This document shows, in pieces, positions 1-10,015 of a DNA stretch of 64,000 nt; positions within the stretch are counted from its first letter, which is position 1, and the number at the start of each line of letters is the position of its first letter. The notes under the pieces are model-generated. The model had not been told where the DNA came from. It made no database searches and was given only the letters and a program-made list of their open reading frames with translations. Both the position numbers and the translations under genes were made by a program. Source of the DNA: Patescibacteria group bacterium (GTDB lineage Bacteria; Patescibacteriota; Minisyncoccia; Minisyncoccales; GWA2-38-27); NCBI GenBank assembly GCA_020148045.1, contig JAHCRG010000007.1, positions 22,914 through 86,913 of the forward strand. Direction: 5' to 3'.

Positions 1-575
1 TAAAGGGCGTAAGGAGAAATCTCTCCGGACCAATAGATATGCATAGGATTTATAGAAATAAGAAAGGAAGAAATTAAAGCTATTTTCGGTCCAAACATAC
101 TCTGCGTTAACTTGAATAGCGCGATTATAGTTAATGTTCCCCAAAACAAAGATAGTAATCTCAAAAATGTCTCATTTGTACTGAATCTACTTAAAAGAAA
201 TAACATAAAATTGTATAAAGGTTGATGGAATAGGTTGATAGATATATCGTGAAATATTACTTCTTTTACATTATCGCTAAGAACGCTTGGTAAATAATAA
301 TAATGTTCTCTTAAGCCCATGTCTGCACCCGTATTAAGTCCAATAATACGGAGAACAATACCGATGAGCACTATACCTGAAAGAATATAGAGCTGCTTCT
401 TGTCTACTTTTTTCCAACGGGACATATGGCTGGAAAAAGATAAGGCCCTATATTTTCTAAAGATTAAATTCGAGATAATAGATAGCATAAAGGTATTTAA
501 ACAGAAAAAAACCGCCATTAGCTTTATGGCTGAAGGGTTATAAATATGCCTGTAGTTAACAAAGGGAAAGCTCAT
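1..575 (-). CDS. GT-C (ArnT/PMT, GT39-like) membrane glycosyltransferase, 3' end runs off the window
   Basis: Not in the ORF track. Hand translation from ATG at 575 is open to base 1: MSFPFVNY...HQPLYNF...LRLLSLFWG...INPMHIYWSGEISPYAL, with hydrophobic segments and PMT_2-type motifs. Confidence 0.75.
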   Translation of the reverse strand, partial: MSFPFVNYRHIYNPSAIKLMAVFFCLNTFMLSIISNLIFRKYRALSFSSHMSRWKKVDKKQLYILSGIVLIGIVLRIIGLNTGADMGLREHYYYLPSVLSDNVKEVIFHDISINLFHQPLYNFMLFLLSRFSTNETFLRLLSLFWGTLTIIALFKLTQSMFGPKIALISSFLISINPMHIYWSGEISPYAL

Positions 576-592
576 AATCCCTGCTCTTTATT

Positions 593-2179
593 TTAGTGGC
601 TTTTTACATTTATCTCGAACTCTTCTGCAACTTTTATTATCAAGTCATTATCGGCTAACAGTCTTTTTTCGAATTCTTCGGATAACGAAGGATTTGGGAT
701 ATAATCTTTATACCCAACCAATAAATAACTCCTTTTGCCTAATTCTGTTCTTTCTCTTAAATAACCGCGTGCAATAAAACCGGCTTTCTGTAAATTGGCA
801 AAATATTGTTTAAGGAATCCGCTTCTTTTATGCCTTGAGCCTTCTATCGCTATGGCAATAACACCTCCTGGCTTCAGTTTGTTTTTGATTTGCTTAAATG
901 ACTGGACAGAATATGAGAAATGAGATGGGGCAATGAATCTTCTGAACATTCCAAATTTACCCCCGGTATTAATAATATAGATTAAATCGTAGTCCTGCCC
1001 AACTGTTTCGAGATATCTGTTTGCTTCCATAGTAACGCATTTTACATTTTTTCTTAAAAAGATATTTTCATTGCTTTCCGGGCACTCATTCTGTAAGGCA
1101 TAGATAATTTCAGATATTGGCTCCAGGGCAATAACTTCTTTAGGGTCAAAAAACAAGGCATACTTAACCTGCATTCCACCCCCTGCGCCAATTATTATTA
1201 TAGAAGAATTTTTAGGAAGAAGAAGAAAAGGCAATATATCAAGGCTCTCTTGAATAGAAGGCGGTGAAGTTAAATAGCTTGTATAGGCCCAATTGAGTCT
1301 GCCATTATACAGCCCATATAAATATCTGCCGGATTTTATTAACCCTAAGTGGCAGTATTTAGTCCACTTTTGAAACAGGATTTCCGTAACATCAAAGGTA
1401 TTATCCCTTTCGCCAAACTTAGTGTTTAGTGGTTTCATGGCAAATTCTTTATTTAAAATAGATTTTGTGCTGAGTGCACCATTGCCTTGAATAAAAACAA
1501 CAAATTTGTCTTCAAAATTAGAAGAACCTGTAGATAAAAAGTATAAAACAACAATGCAGGCCATCCCAAATAAATATCTTTTAGCTAAAGCGGTTGTGTT
1601 CACTAAGAATTGAATAAATAATAAGCTCAGGAAACTTAAAAGTATTGTTTTTATTAATCCGATATAGGGAAAGGTAAAGTTTGCAAAGCAATAAGCTGCA
1701 AAGGCCCCTAAAATAGATATGCCGTAAAAATATTTCCTTTTCTTTAGCTTTCCCTTTGCCAATTTGTATGCACTGTATTCCGATGCGCTCCATGCAATGA
1801 AGAATGGAGAAAACAAAAGTAGCTCACTTATCCATAAAAGACCTAACGATAAAAAAGGAAAGTGGTCTTTAGCTATAAAAGTTGAAAGAGGGTCGGCAAT
1901 TTTTAGGCAAACGGTAAATCCTAAAAGAGAAAATAAAAGGGCGATTTGCAGGAATAAATTGCTTCGCAGCAAATTTATTTGGGATTTTGCAAAACACTTT
2001 AAAGTAATTATTCTGCCTATTGGGATACAAAAAACTAAAAAAAACAAAAGTACCGGCATCAATGCAACAGTAAATGAAAGCACTCTAAAAATACAGATAA
2101 GAAAGAGTACGCTGCCAAATGCAAGCAGGAAAAACGCCAAGGCAAATGGAGGCTTTTCTATTCGTTTATTCTTAATCAT
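593..2179 (-). CDS. Multi-TM protein fused to a spermidine-synthase-like class I SAM-binding domain
   Basis: Several N-terminal TM segments, then IIIIGAGGG, ALEP..EI, YDLIYI and LKPGG motifs. Confidence 0.7.
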   Translation of the reverse strand: MIKNKRIEKPPFALAFFLLAFGSVLFLICIFRVLSFTVALMPVLLFFLVFCIPIGRIITLKCFAKSQINLLRSNLFLQIALLFSLLGFTVCLKIADPLSTFIAKDHFPFLSLGLLWISELLLFSPFFIAWSASEYSAYKLAKGKLKKRKYFYGISILGAFAAYCFANFTFPYIGLIKTILLSFLSLLFIQFLVNTTALAKRYLFGMACIVVLYFLSTGSSNFEDKFVVFIQGNGALSTKSILNKEFAMKPLNTKFGERDNTFDVTEILFQKWTKYCHLGLIKSGRYLYGLYNGRLNWAYTSYLTSPPSIQESLDILPFLLLPKNSSIIIIGAGGGMQVKYALFFDPKEVIALEPISEIIYALQNECPESNENIFLRKNVKCVTMEANRYLETVGQDYDLIYIINTGGKFGMFRRFIAPSHFSYSVQSFKQIKNKLKPGGVIAIAIEGSRHKRSGFLKQYFANLQKAGFIARGYLRERTELGKRSYLLVGYKDYIPNPSLSEEFEKRLLADNDLIIKVAEEFEINVKSH

Positions 2180-2182
2180 GTT

Positions 2183-2788
2183 TTAATTATTCAGGTTATA
2201 AGATTTTAGCAAAAGCCTGTAATAGTGGTCTGTTCCCTCTAAGGACACGCTTCCAAATTCCTTTACAATGCCTATATTTGGGGCTTGCCATACAACCGAG
2301 TAACCATTTGGTCGTTCATAGTAATATTTGTAACATCTAAAGCTCCCGGCTGGTACAGTTACTTTTTCATTTGTTGACTTTATGGTCATTCGCTCGCCTT
2401 TCCCAAGTTCATAACTTTCTCCCGCAATACCGGGATACTTAAATACCAAAACCGGAGACGCGAACATGCCATATTCTAAAAAAAATTGTCGGCCAAGAAC
2501 GCCATATGAAAATAAGCCACCTTCTTTATTTTTAAAATGCTGGTAATAATGCTCTGACTTGCTGGAGATATCTACAATATATACTTCATCGCCTTTTAAC
2601 TTCTCGGTCTTTATTACCTCAATATAATATTCTGGAGATTGGTAACCATGATAAACCCAGTTGTTCCCTACTGCTAAAGGCCAAACTACATTTTCTGCCT
2701 TTTTGTCTATCCGGTATTTTAGTTCATAATTCCAGCATTCTATTAAGAGCAGCAATATTGCTATTCCAATAATAGTATTTTTTTTCAT
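2183..2788 (-). CDS. Exported beta-rich protein (DUF3108/TapB-like), paralog 1
   Basis: Signal/anchor; WPLAVGNNWVY, EKVTVPAGSFRC and WQAPNIGIVK motifs. Confidence 0.6.
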   Translation of the reverse strand: MKKNTIIGIAILLLLIECWNYELKYRIDKKAENVVWPLAVGNNWVYHGYQSPEYYIEVIKTEKLKGDEVYIVDISSKSEHYYQHFKNKEGGLFSYGVLGRQFFLEYGMFASPVLVFKYPGIAGESYELGKGERMTIKSTNEKVTVPAGSFRCYKYYYERPNGYSVVWQAPNIGIVKEFGSVSLEGTDHYYRLLLKSYNLNN

Positions 2789-2793
2789 AAAAT

Positions 2794-4518
2794 CTAGCTA
2801 TATAGTAATGCACGGACCTTAGGAATTTTTCTCATCCATACAATAATTGATATAAAAAAGACAAAAGCGGCTGTGCCGATGAGGAAAGAATTCGGCAGGT
2901 AATACATAGTTATCTCTCGATTATATCTATTTACCGGAATGCCTATTAACCCACGGTGATTAATGACTTGGCCCTGAAATGAATGCCACCCGGGAAAATA
3001 ATTCTGATTTATTACTAAAATATCCTCCTCTTCTACAGCTATACTAAATTTGAGTTTGTTCGCAGAGAAGTATATCTGTTCTACCTTCCCCGAATTATTC
3101 AATAAAAAATACTCTCCCCTATAACCCTGCCTTTCTCTTGGAATAACTTTTGTCTGGATCTGGCTTCCAATATTGTCATACCCATACACCAGTCCTTGAT
3201 TATTATAGATACTTTCAAACATTTTTTTGCTATTGCCGCTAGACTGGGAAAATGCACTTTCTCGATTACTTAAATTATATCTTATTATTGTGCTCTCTTT
3301 AAAAATTTTTCTAGCGCAATTAAAGACATTGAAAGAAATTAAAGAGAATAAAATTAGGACAGCGAAGAAAGGCAGTTTAAGCAAGCGCGGAAGTCTCTTC
3401 TGCAGTTCCTGTATTACCAGGCCCAAAGATAACGATAACATTGCAATTAATGGCCCAAAGAATTTTTTAGGCTCTTTAAACGCACTTAGAAAAAAATGCA
3501 AAATCCGCCATAAGTTGACCGGGCTATTGTCACCTAAGGCCAGTAAAAGGAAAATCGCATTTATAGCTACCAATATCTTGTATTTGCGCCATAATAAAAA
3601 AACGCTTAAGACAAACAAAGAAATCGTAATAATTGAAAAATGATACCCGATCATCTCTTCATTTATGAATCGCGAAGCAATATATGTATTCTCTCTTGAG
3701 AAGAAAAAGTGTCTTAGTTCAAGTAATCCCGCATATATATTATTCATATTAAGAAAGCCGGGAAATGGCGGCAATCCTGTATGGCGGGGGTATTGGTTTA
3801 ATAGTTCCAGCATAGGAAAAAGCTTTATGCCTCCCAAAAAGAGAACAAATAAAGCTATTTTTAATAATAATAAAATAAATTTTGCTTCTTTTTTAACAAT
3901 TGCATAATAAATTGCATCGATAGATATTATCATACACGTCATAATAAAAATATAAATATTTCCCGCATAGATAATGAGGGCAAGAAGAACTGAAGCAACT
4001 AGGAGATATTTTTTTTGAATCTTGCTTTTCTGGAAGAATAAATATATCCAAGGAAGGAAGGATATATTTAAAAATGTAAATCCGCCAACAAAGGTTAAGA
4101 TATTAAAAATGTTTAAGAAGAAGATAGAGCTTAATAAGCTTAAGATATAGCCTAGCCCATAGTGGCGTGACAAAAAATACATGCCTAGTAAACCCGTAAC
4201 TGCTTGAATAAGATAAATAATAATTGTTCCTTGAATGGTTCCAAAAAATAATATAAATATAAAATAGGGCGATAAGAAGTCTGAGTTAGGGCGAGCTAAC
4301 CATGGGGTCCCTCCGCTTAGATAAGGACTCCAGAGAGGAAACTGACGATAGAATAAAATAGTTTTTCTTTGCAGTTCATGGAAAGTAAAATATTTATCCC
4401 AGTCACACTGGTCAAGCGGTTGAAAACCGGAAAAAACAATTATCCACCACAATAATGCGATGGCAATAATAATAAAAATTGAAATCAAATCTTTTTTCAG
4501 CCGTAATTTATTCCCCAT
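2794..4518 (-). CDS. YfhO-like GT-C membrane glycosyltransferase
   Basis: Many TMs; FPLWSPYLSGGTP near the N-terminus and NQNYFPGW near the C-terminus. Confidence 0.65.
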   Translation of the reverse strand: MGNKLRLKKDLISIFIIIAIALLWWIIVFSGFQPLDQCDWDKYFTFHELQRKTILFYRQFPLWSPYLSGGTPWLARPNSDFLSPYFIFILFFGTIQGTIIIYLIQAVTGLLGMYFLSRHYGLGYILSLLSSIFFLNIFNILTFVGGFTFLNISFLPWIYLFFQKSKIQKKYLLVASVLLALIIYAGNIYIFIMTCMIISIDAIYYAIVKKEAKFILLLLKIALFVLFLGGIKLFPMLELLNQYPRHTGLPPFPGFLNMNNIYAGLLELRHFFFSRENTYIASRFINEEMIGYHFSIITISLFVLSVFLLWRKYKILVAINAIFLLLALGDNSPVNLWRILHFFLSAFKEPKKFFGPLIAMLSLSLGLVIQELQKRLPRLLKLPFFAVLILFSLISFNVFNCARKIFKESTIIRYNLSNRESAFSQSSGNSKKMFESIYNNQGLVYGYDNIGSQIQTKVIPRERQGYRGEYFLLNNSGKVEQIYFSANKLKFSIAVEEEDILVINQNYFPGWHSFQGQVINHRGLIGIPVNRYNREITMYYLPNSFLIGTAAFVFFISIIVWMRKIPKVRALLYS

Positions 4519-4568
4519 AATTTCAGAATTGAAAAGTTATCTAAAAATTCATAAAGATAATCACAATG

Positions 4569-5288
4569 TTAGTAGTGAGGCTTTGCATAATATTTGTTTG
4601 GGCTTGAACATTTTTTAAGCATCTTTTCATTCTGCTGCTCTTGAGCTTTCCCAGTACTGCCGATAAACAATATTTTTTCTTTAACTTGAACATTTCCTAT
4701 GCCCTTTGCGAGAAAGAGTTCTTCTGTAATACGCAGCGCTGTCTTCGCCTTGAAAACAAAAAAAGTAGAAATTTTTAAGCAATTCTTAAATCTACCTGCG
4801 GGGACACTGATATCTTCAGTCCCTTCCAACTTGACTTCTCTTTCAATTATGCCTTCCTCAATTAACCTATCTTTAGTGTCGTAAACTTGCATTTTCGAAT
4901 AACTGTTATATTCCCGGCCTATTTGTAGCCTGCGGGGGAAAAACAGCAAGCCGGAAGAACAGATTATATATCTATCGGCTTCTTTAATTTTATACAAATA
5001 AATACCTTCCCCTTCTAAACTGTAGTAAAAAATAGGAAATCTGTCTTTATCTGGTTGAAAAAGATACGCCTCCTTATTATTTAACTTTTCTTTCGAGGCA
5101 ATTGCGCTAACGCTGTTAATCTCAGATCCTTTTTTGCCTTCTAGAAAATGCCAACCTTGATATTGCCACTCAAATCCAACATCCATGGGAAAATAGCTAG
5201 AGATATCGAAAAACCTTGCTGTTAAGAAAATATAACTTAAGGCAAAAGAAATGCAAAGCGCAAAAATAATTAAGAAGGCCTTTTTCAA
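4569..5288 (-). CDS. Exported beta-rich protein (DUF3108/TapB-like), paralog 2
   Basis: Signal/anchor; YFPMDVGFEWQY, EDISVPAGRFKNC, FLAKGIGNV. Confidence 0.6.
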   Translation of the reverse strand: MKKAFLIIFALCISFALSYIFLTARFFDISSYFPMDVGFEWQYQGWHFLEGKKGSEINSVSAIASKEKLNNKEAYLFQPDKDRFPIFYYSLEGEGIYLYKIKEADRYIICSSGLLFFPRRLQIGREYNSYSKMQVYDTKDRLIEEGIIEREVKLEGTEDISVPAGRFKNCLKISTFFVFKAKTALRITEELFLAKGIGNVQVKEKILFIGSTGKAQEQQNEKMLKKCSSPNKYYAKPHY

Positions 5289-6076
5289 TCTCTCTCACCC
5301 TTCTTTTTCTTGGCTAAAACCATCGCTGCTCCTATAGCTGCAGTTAATTGCGGAAGAGCAAGCCTTTTAATGTCCATCATAATCTCTTCTTGTAAAGCAA
5401 ATAACAAGTTATTATTCTGCGCGGGGCCGCCGTCCAGATAAATCTCTTGCTCAATATATAATCCTCGCATCAGGTCAGATAGCCTTCTTGCTATAGACTG
5501 ATGTATTCCGGATATAATATCTTCTTTCTTGGCTTTTTTATATAAAAGAGATGCTATTTCGCTTTCAACAAAGACAGCACATGTGCTATTGATGCTAACT
5601 GCCTGGAGATTCTTTCCCTCTAAATTCCCAAATTCATTAATGGGGGTATCTAATATCCTTGCTGCCTTTTCAAAAAATCTACCTGTTCCTGCTGCACACT
5701 TATCATTCATTCTAAAATCCAATGTTTTCCCATCGGAACGAATTTTAATAACCTTGATATCTTGTCCCCCTATATTGACTATTGTCCTGGCAGTTTTATT
5801 GCTTAAATGATAGGCCGCTGTGGCAATTGCTGTAATTTCATCTACTTTTTTTTCTGCTGCTGGGAAAATCCGTTTTCCATAACCTGTAGTAGCGATACCC
5901 GAGAGTTCTCGTTTTTGTATGGAAAGCGCCCTTAGTCCTTCTTTTAAGAGTTCTTCCGATATCTTAAAATTGCCAAAAGTTGCAGGAGCAACTTTTGACC
6001 AAAGCAATCTATTCTCCTCATCAATAAAGACAACCTTAATCGCGGCTGTTCCCAAATCAATGCCTGCTATTAGCAT
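5285..6076 (-). CDS. ASKHA ATPase [4Fe-4S] activator (HgdC/BadFG/DCCP-R family)
   Basis: GIDLGT, TTGYGK, IGGQDIK, MNDKCAAGTGRF, STCAVF. Confidence 0.9.
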   Translation of the reverse strand: MLIAGIDLGTAAIKVVFIDEENRLLWSKVAPATFGNFKISEELLKEGLRALSIQKRELSGIATTGYGKRIFPAAEKKVDEITAIATAAYHLSNKTARTIVNIGGQDIKVIKIRSDGKTLDFRMNDKCAAGTGRFFEKAARILDTPINEFGNLEGKNLQAVSINSTCAVFVESEIASLLYKKAKKEDIISGIHQSIARRLSDLMRGLYIEQEIYLDGGPAQNNNLLFALQEEIMMDIKRLALPQLTAAIGAAMVLAKKKKGERD

Positions 6077-6091
6077 ATAACTCTCCCTCTT

Positions 6092-7321
6092 CTAGTGAAG
6101 TGTCTCCTTAAAGGCCTCAAGCCTTAATAATATGCCCTCTTTATCCTCTACAGAATAATCTGTCTCTATTCTTATAAAATGATAGCCATTCCTTTTTACT
6201 GCTTTTTCGAAACTAAAACTCTCCATATCAAAAGGATGGCATCCTTTAAAGACATGATAGACCACACCTTTTATGTTACGCTCTTTCATTGCTACTAAAG
6301 TATTCTTTATTTTGCGCTCATTATCTACGAATGTAGGGCAGGTACAAGAAAGTTGGTACCTCTCTGCTACGGCTCTAAGAAGTTCATATTCAGAGGTCCC
6401 ATCGTAAACTATGCTATTAAAAAGCCTTTCGGACGTACATAAACTGTCGGCTACAATAAACATGCCTATCTCTTCAATTAATTCAGAAATCTTCAAATGC
6501 GGGAAAAACAAAGGGGAGCCAGCAAGAAATATTTGTGGTTTTTCATTATGGCCAGAATTATTATAGCTGTTAAGAAGTTTGTTTGTATTTTCTATCCAGG
6601 ATTCAACATCATCCAGCATAAAGGCATTGGCTATAATAATACTCCATGTACCAGAAATTAGCCCCTTGCACCGCAGTTCGATTAAACGACTGAATGTTCC
6701 CCAGGCCCTCATATATTTATGGATCGAGCTCAAAAAATTCTTACAATTTAATTTCTTTTTTGTGTATCTTTCTAGATATCTTTTCAAATCATAGGATTCC
6801 TCCAGCCATCTTTTTTGGCTTTTTTCGCTTTCCTTCGCATGGGGTAATTCCATCTGGTAAATGTGTTTTTTCTTTTCCTTTATTATCTCGGGAATCTTAA
6901 CTCTCCAGTCACAACTAGTAGGCATTACTACTAGGTCGCACAATTTTTCTAATGATTGTTCTAAATGGTAGGGGCTGACAGAAGATTTAATCACAGGACA
7001 AGCTAAAATAGGTAAAAAGGATGACGAAAGTTTTTGCACGCATAAGGATCCGCTGCATAATCTAACGGGATGGAATCCAAATGCATCTAACAGTTCTAAT
7101 GGAACACTATTGCAGTAAAGACCGGCAAGAGGATTTTTAAATCTTTCCTTAAATCTTTGGGGATAAAGTGGCAACGAAAGGACTTCTAAAAAATATTCAA
7201 GTTCCTTAATAAAGTCGTCCCTTGTTTTGAGGGAAGCAATTTCTCTTTGGGTTTCCCTGAGGACCTCCTGGTAAACTTTTTCCTGCATTTTTCTGTTTAC
7301 ATTCCCAGGCAAAACTACCAT
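6092..7321 (-). CDS. 2-hydroxyacyl-CoA dehydratase-family / double-cubane-cluster-like reductase
   Basis: YC..P.E, RLC, CPVIKS, TSCD, LCTSER, CTCP, GCHPF, IETDYS; adjacent to the activator gene. Confidence 0.8.
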   Translation of the reverse strand: MVVLPGNVNRKMQEKVYQEVLRETQREIASLKTRDDFIKELEYFLEVLSLPLYPQRFKERFKNPLAGLYCNSVPLELLDAFGFHPVRLCSGSLCVQKLSSSFLPILACPVIKSSVSPYHLEQSLEKLCDLVVMPTSCDWRVKIPEIIKEKKKHIYQMELPHAKESEKSQKRWLEESYDLKRYLERYTKKKLNCKNFLSSIHKYMRAWGTFSRLIELRCKGLISGTWSIIIANAFMLDDVESWIENTNKLLNSYNNSGHNEKPQIFLAGSPLFFPHLKISELIEEIGMFIVADSLCTSERLFNSIVYDGTSEYELLRAVAERYQLSCTCPTFVDNERKIKNTLVAMKERNIKGVVYHVFKGCHPFDMESFSFEKAVKRNGYHFIRIETDYSVEDKEGILLRLEAFKETLH

Positions 7322-8304
7322 TGCAATCTATGCCTCCTTTTAAACCAATCGGAAAAGTATTTTTTTGAGGAAGAAATAATATTTTTCTTTAGGAATGTGG
7401 CAGATAATGCCTTATCTTGCGGACATGCCTCTATGCATTTTAAGCAGAGATTGCAGTTTTCTTTAAGGACATCTTTCTCTTTTTTCTCTAAATACACTTC
7501 TTTAATATCCATGGGGCACACGCGCCAACAATTTCCGCAACCAGTGCAAGAATCCGCCTGCTTTTTAAGCCGGGGAAGACCAATTCTACGAAATGTATCA
7601 AAGAGAGCTCCAACAGGACAGATAAGGCAAAAGATGCGATCTCGGAACATAATTCCTACTAATACAATCCCTGCCAAGGCCGAGGTAGCAATACTTGTCC
7701 AAAATCGTTGTATGCCAACAGTAAAATCAACGGCCTGGTTTAAGAAATTCCCTTCAAATGGCGGTAGAAATAGCTTAACCGGGCATATCCTGCAATATGG
7801 CGGGTCGATATCTCTGGGGAAATCGCTAATTAAGTAAAAGTGGACACCTAAGAAAAGTATTAGTAATATATATTTAACTATCCGCAAATTTCTCTTTGTC
7901 CTATAAGAGATTTGACACTCTCTAATTGAAAACCTTCTTCTCATTGAGGCAATCCAATCCTGAAATGTGCCGAATGGACAAGCCCAACCGCACCAGAATT
8001 TACTAAATATTAAAGCAACTACAAAGAAGCTTAGGAATAAACGTAAATATGCACCGGAACAACGCCAAATAATAGTATATCCGGGGAAAGGCATCATTCC
8101 TCTCTCCTTCTCCGGATCCATTTTTATTCCATATTGCAATCGCTGTAGTGGCAATAAATAACAACCGCCGCCTAAATAGCTGTCATTGTTAGAACATTGC
8201 TGAGCGGGAAAGAGATTGCCAGCCCGCAGCCCAAGATAACCACCATAAATTAAAAATAAAAAACTTAAAATTTGGATTAAATAACGAATTCGATAAACTT
8301 TCAT
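7315..8304 (-). CDS. Membrane polyferredoxin (NapH/MauN-like 4Fe-4S protein)
   Basis: TMs; CGWACP, CRICP, CLICP and two CxxCxxCxxxCP motifs. Confidence 0.85.
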   Translation of the reverse strand: MKVYRIRYLIQILSFLFLIYGGYLGLRAGNLFPAQQCSNNDSYLGGGCYLLPLQRLQYGIKMDPEKERGMMPFPGYTIIWRCSGAYLRLFLSFFVVALIFSKFWCGWACPFGTFQDWIASMRRRFSIRECQISYRTKRNLRIVKYILLILFLGVHFYLISDFPRDIDPPYCRICPVKLFLPPFEGNFLNQAVDFTVGIQRFWTSIATSALAGIVLVGIMFRDRIFCLICPVGALFDTFRRIGLPRLKKQADSCTGCGNCWRVCPMDIKEVYLEKKEKDVLKENCNLCLKCIEACPQDKALSATFLKKNIISSSKKYFSDWFKRRHRLQW

Positions 8305-9212
8305 AATTTAGATTTCTTTCTTGCAATAATTGCGCCAGTAAGCGAAAGAACAACCGACAAAATAAATATAGTGGTACCCTTTTTCATATCTAGATCCCTT
8401 CTTTGCGTGGCTACATGGCACTTGTGTTTAAATAAAACTGTGTAAGCATATTTATAGACTATGCTGCCTAAGATACGTTCTGCAACGACTAAATTTTGGC
8501 CAAAGCCCTTTTGTCCTTTTTGAAACGCTCCCGGATTCCGAGGAATATAGAAAAAACTACCATTTTTATCTGTCTTTATTTGTTGAATATTTCCGGAATT
8601 ATCAATTACATCCACCTCTTGATAGCCAAAGGGCTTCTTGTCAAAGGCCACTGTAAGCCTTATAGGAAAACCAAACCTGCGATAGAGGGTATTACCTTCG
8701 TTTATATGCTCTCGATAAATAACCATATCAAACCGATTGTCAGTCTCTGTCGGGGAATACCTGCTCTCTCCACCCAAGCTCTTGCTATTGCCAAAGAGGA
8801 AGAAAGACGCCTTTGCCAGAAAATGGTATTTTATTTCTCTTTTAAATTTCTTTCCCTTGACTAAAACCGTATACCTGTTTGTGTCTGTTGAATTAATACA
8901 AATATATGGCTTATTCTCTTCCGTTCCAATCTTTAGTTTATAAAAAATTATTTCATTCTTTTTGTCTTTTTTGTCAAATGTATAGATTGCCTCAAGCGCG
9001 TCTAATTGGGAAATATCCTTTTTTTGGTCAGGGAACTGACCATAACAGATATATAGCAATTGAGTTACACTGCCATCTTCATTTTTAACCTCATTGCCAT
9101 ACTCGAGCCAGAGATAATCATCCTTCAGCAAACTTCCATGGGCCTTTTGGGCGCCTATGCTCGTTAAGTTAAGAAAAAGAACTATTGCTATAACTAAATT
9201 ACTCCGCATCAC
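8301..9212 (-). CDS. Exported protein with C-terminal TM anchor, DUF4198-like
   Basis: Signal peptide, V.FDKKPF and KTDKNG motifs, C-terminal hydrophobic helix. Confidence 0.45.
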   Translation of the reverse strand: MMRSNLVIAIVLFLNLTSIGAQKAHGSLLKDDYLWLEYGNEVKNEDGSVTQLLYICYGQFPDQKKDISQLDALEAIYTFDKKDKKNEIIFYKLKIGTEENKPYICINSTDTNRYTVLVKGKKFKREIKYHFLAKASFFLFGNSKSLGGESRYSPTETDNRFDMVIYREHINEGNTLYRRFGFPIRLTVAFDKKPFGYQEVDVIDNSGNIQQIKTDKNGSFFYIPRNPGAFQKGQKGFGQNLVVAERILGSIVYKYAYTVLFKHKCHVATQRRDLDMKKGTTIFILSVVLSLTGAIIARKKSKL

Positions 9213-9975
9213 TTTCCCATGTCTTTCCTGCGATAACCGCTTTTTTAAGCTTGAATACCTCGGTAAACGGGCCGCAGTATCTATTCATTATAGTTTTTTC
9301 TCCGGCCCTAATATATCTTAAATTTTGAAGAGGAATAAATGTGTGCATAAATTTGACAAACCCCAGCCCGGGAGCAAGCCAAAAATTATAGATATGCATT
9401 TTTTTACTATTCTCTGCTGCATCTCGATAATTATGCCTTACAAAGAAATGGATACATTTAAATTTTCCTGCTTCTACAGCTATATCTTCAAACCCCACGA
9501 AACTAATGTTGGCTTCTATTCTTTCCTTATCGATTAAGTTGCCTTCATAGTCATAGATAGATTGGATAGCCGAGGAAGAAATATTTTTTCCTAATTCGGA
9601 GGGTATCATTAAAAGCGGTGGGGAGAATTCTCTTATTACCTTCAAAGGCACCTCCCCTACCAGATGCTTATTCATGCAAAACAATATGCCTTTAGAAGAA
9701 AGTATATTTGTCTGAATGCGATCGTTATATTCGCCCTGCCAGAGAAAATTAAATTGTCTGCCCTCAGCTACCTGCTTAACATTTTTAACAGTTATAGTTA
9801 CTATGCCTTCAACAGAACCCTCCCGATGCGCATATATGTATTGATCATTTTCATTTAAAGGGAAAAAATCAGATGCAAAAGAAGGGCTCTTTACTTTCAA
9901 AATATAATGCAAGCTTAGAGTTATAAAAATTATTAATATTATACCCGTCGATAGCCGGTTAAATAATTTTTTCAT
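9199..9975 (-). CDS. Exported beta-rich protein (DUF3108/TapB-like), paralog 3
   Basis: Signal/anchor; FFPLNENDQYIY, EDIAVEAGKFKC, WLAPGLGFVK. Confidence 0.6.
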   Translation of the reverse strand: MKKLFNRLSTGIILIIFITLSLHYILKVKSPSFASDFFPLNENDQYIYAHREGSVEGIVTITVKNVKQVAEGRQFNFLWQGEYNDRIQTNILSSKGILFCMNKHLVGEVPLKVIREFSPPLLMIPSELGKNISSSAIQSIYDYEGNLIDKERIEANISFVGFEDIAVEAGKFKCIHFFVRHNYRDAAENSKKMHIYNFWLAPGLGFVKFMHTFIPLQNLRYIRAGEKTIMNRYCGPFTEVFKLKKAVIAGKTWESDAE

Positions 9976-10015
9976 CCAGGAAGTCCTTAATATAATAGTT
10001 TATTCTCAAGGGCTA

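Noticed and set aside
560..610. Possible frameshifted fusion of the spermidine-synthase-like gene with the GT39-like gene
   Set aside because: Both reading frames have stops within the 17-nt gap region and the downstream ORF has its own ATG; no clean single-indel repair
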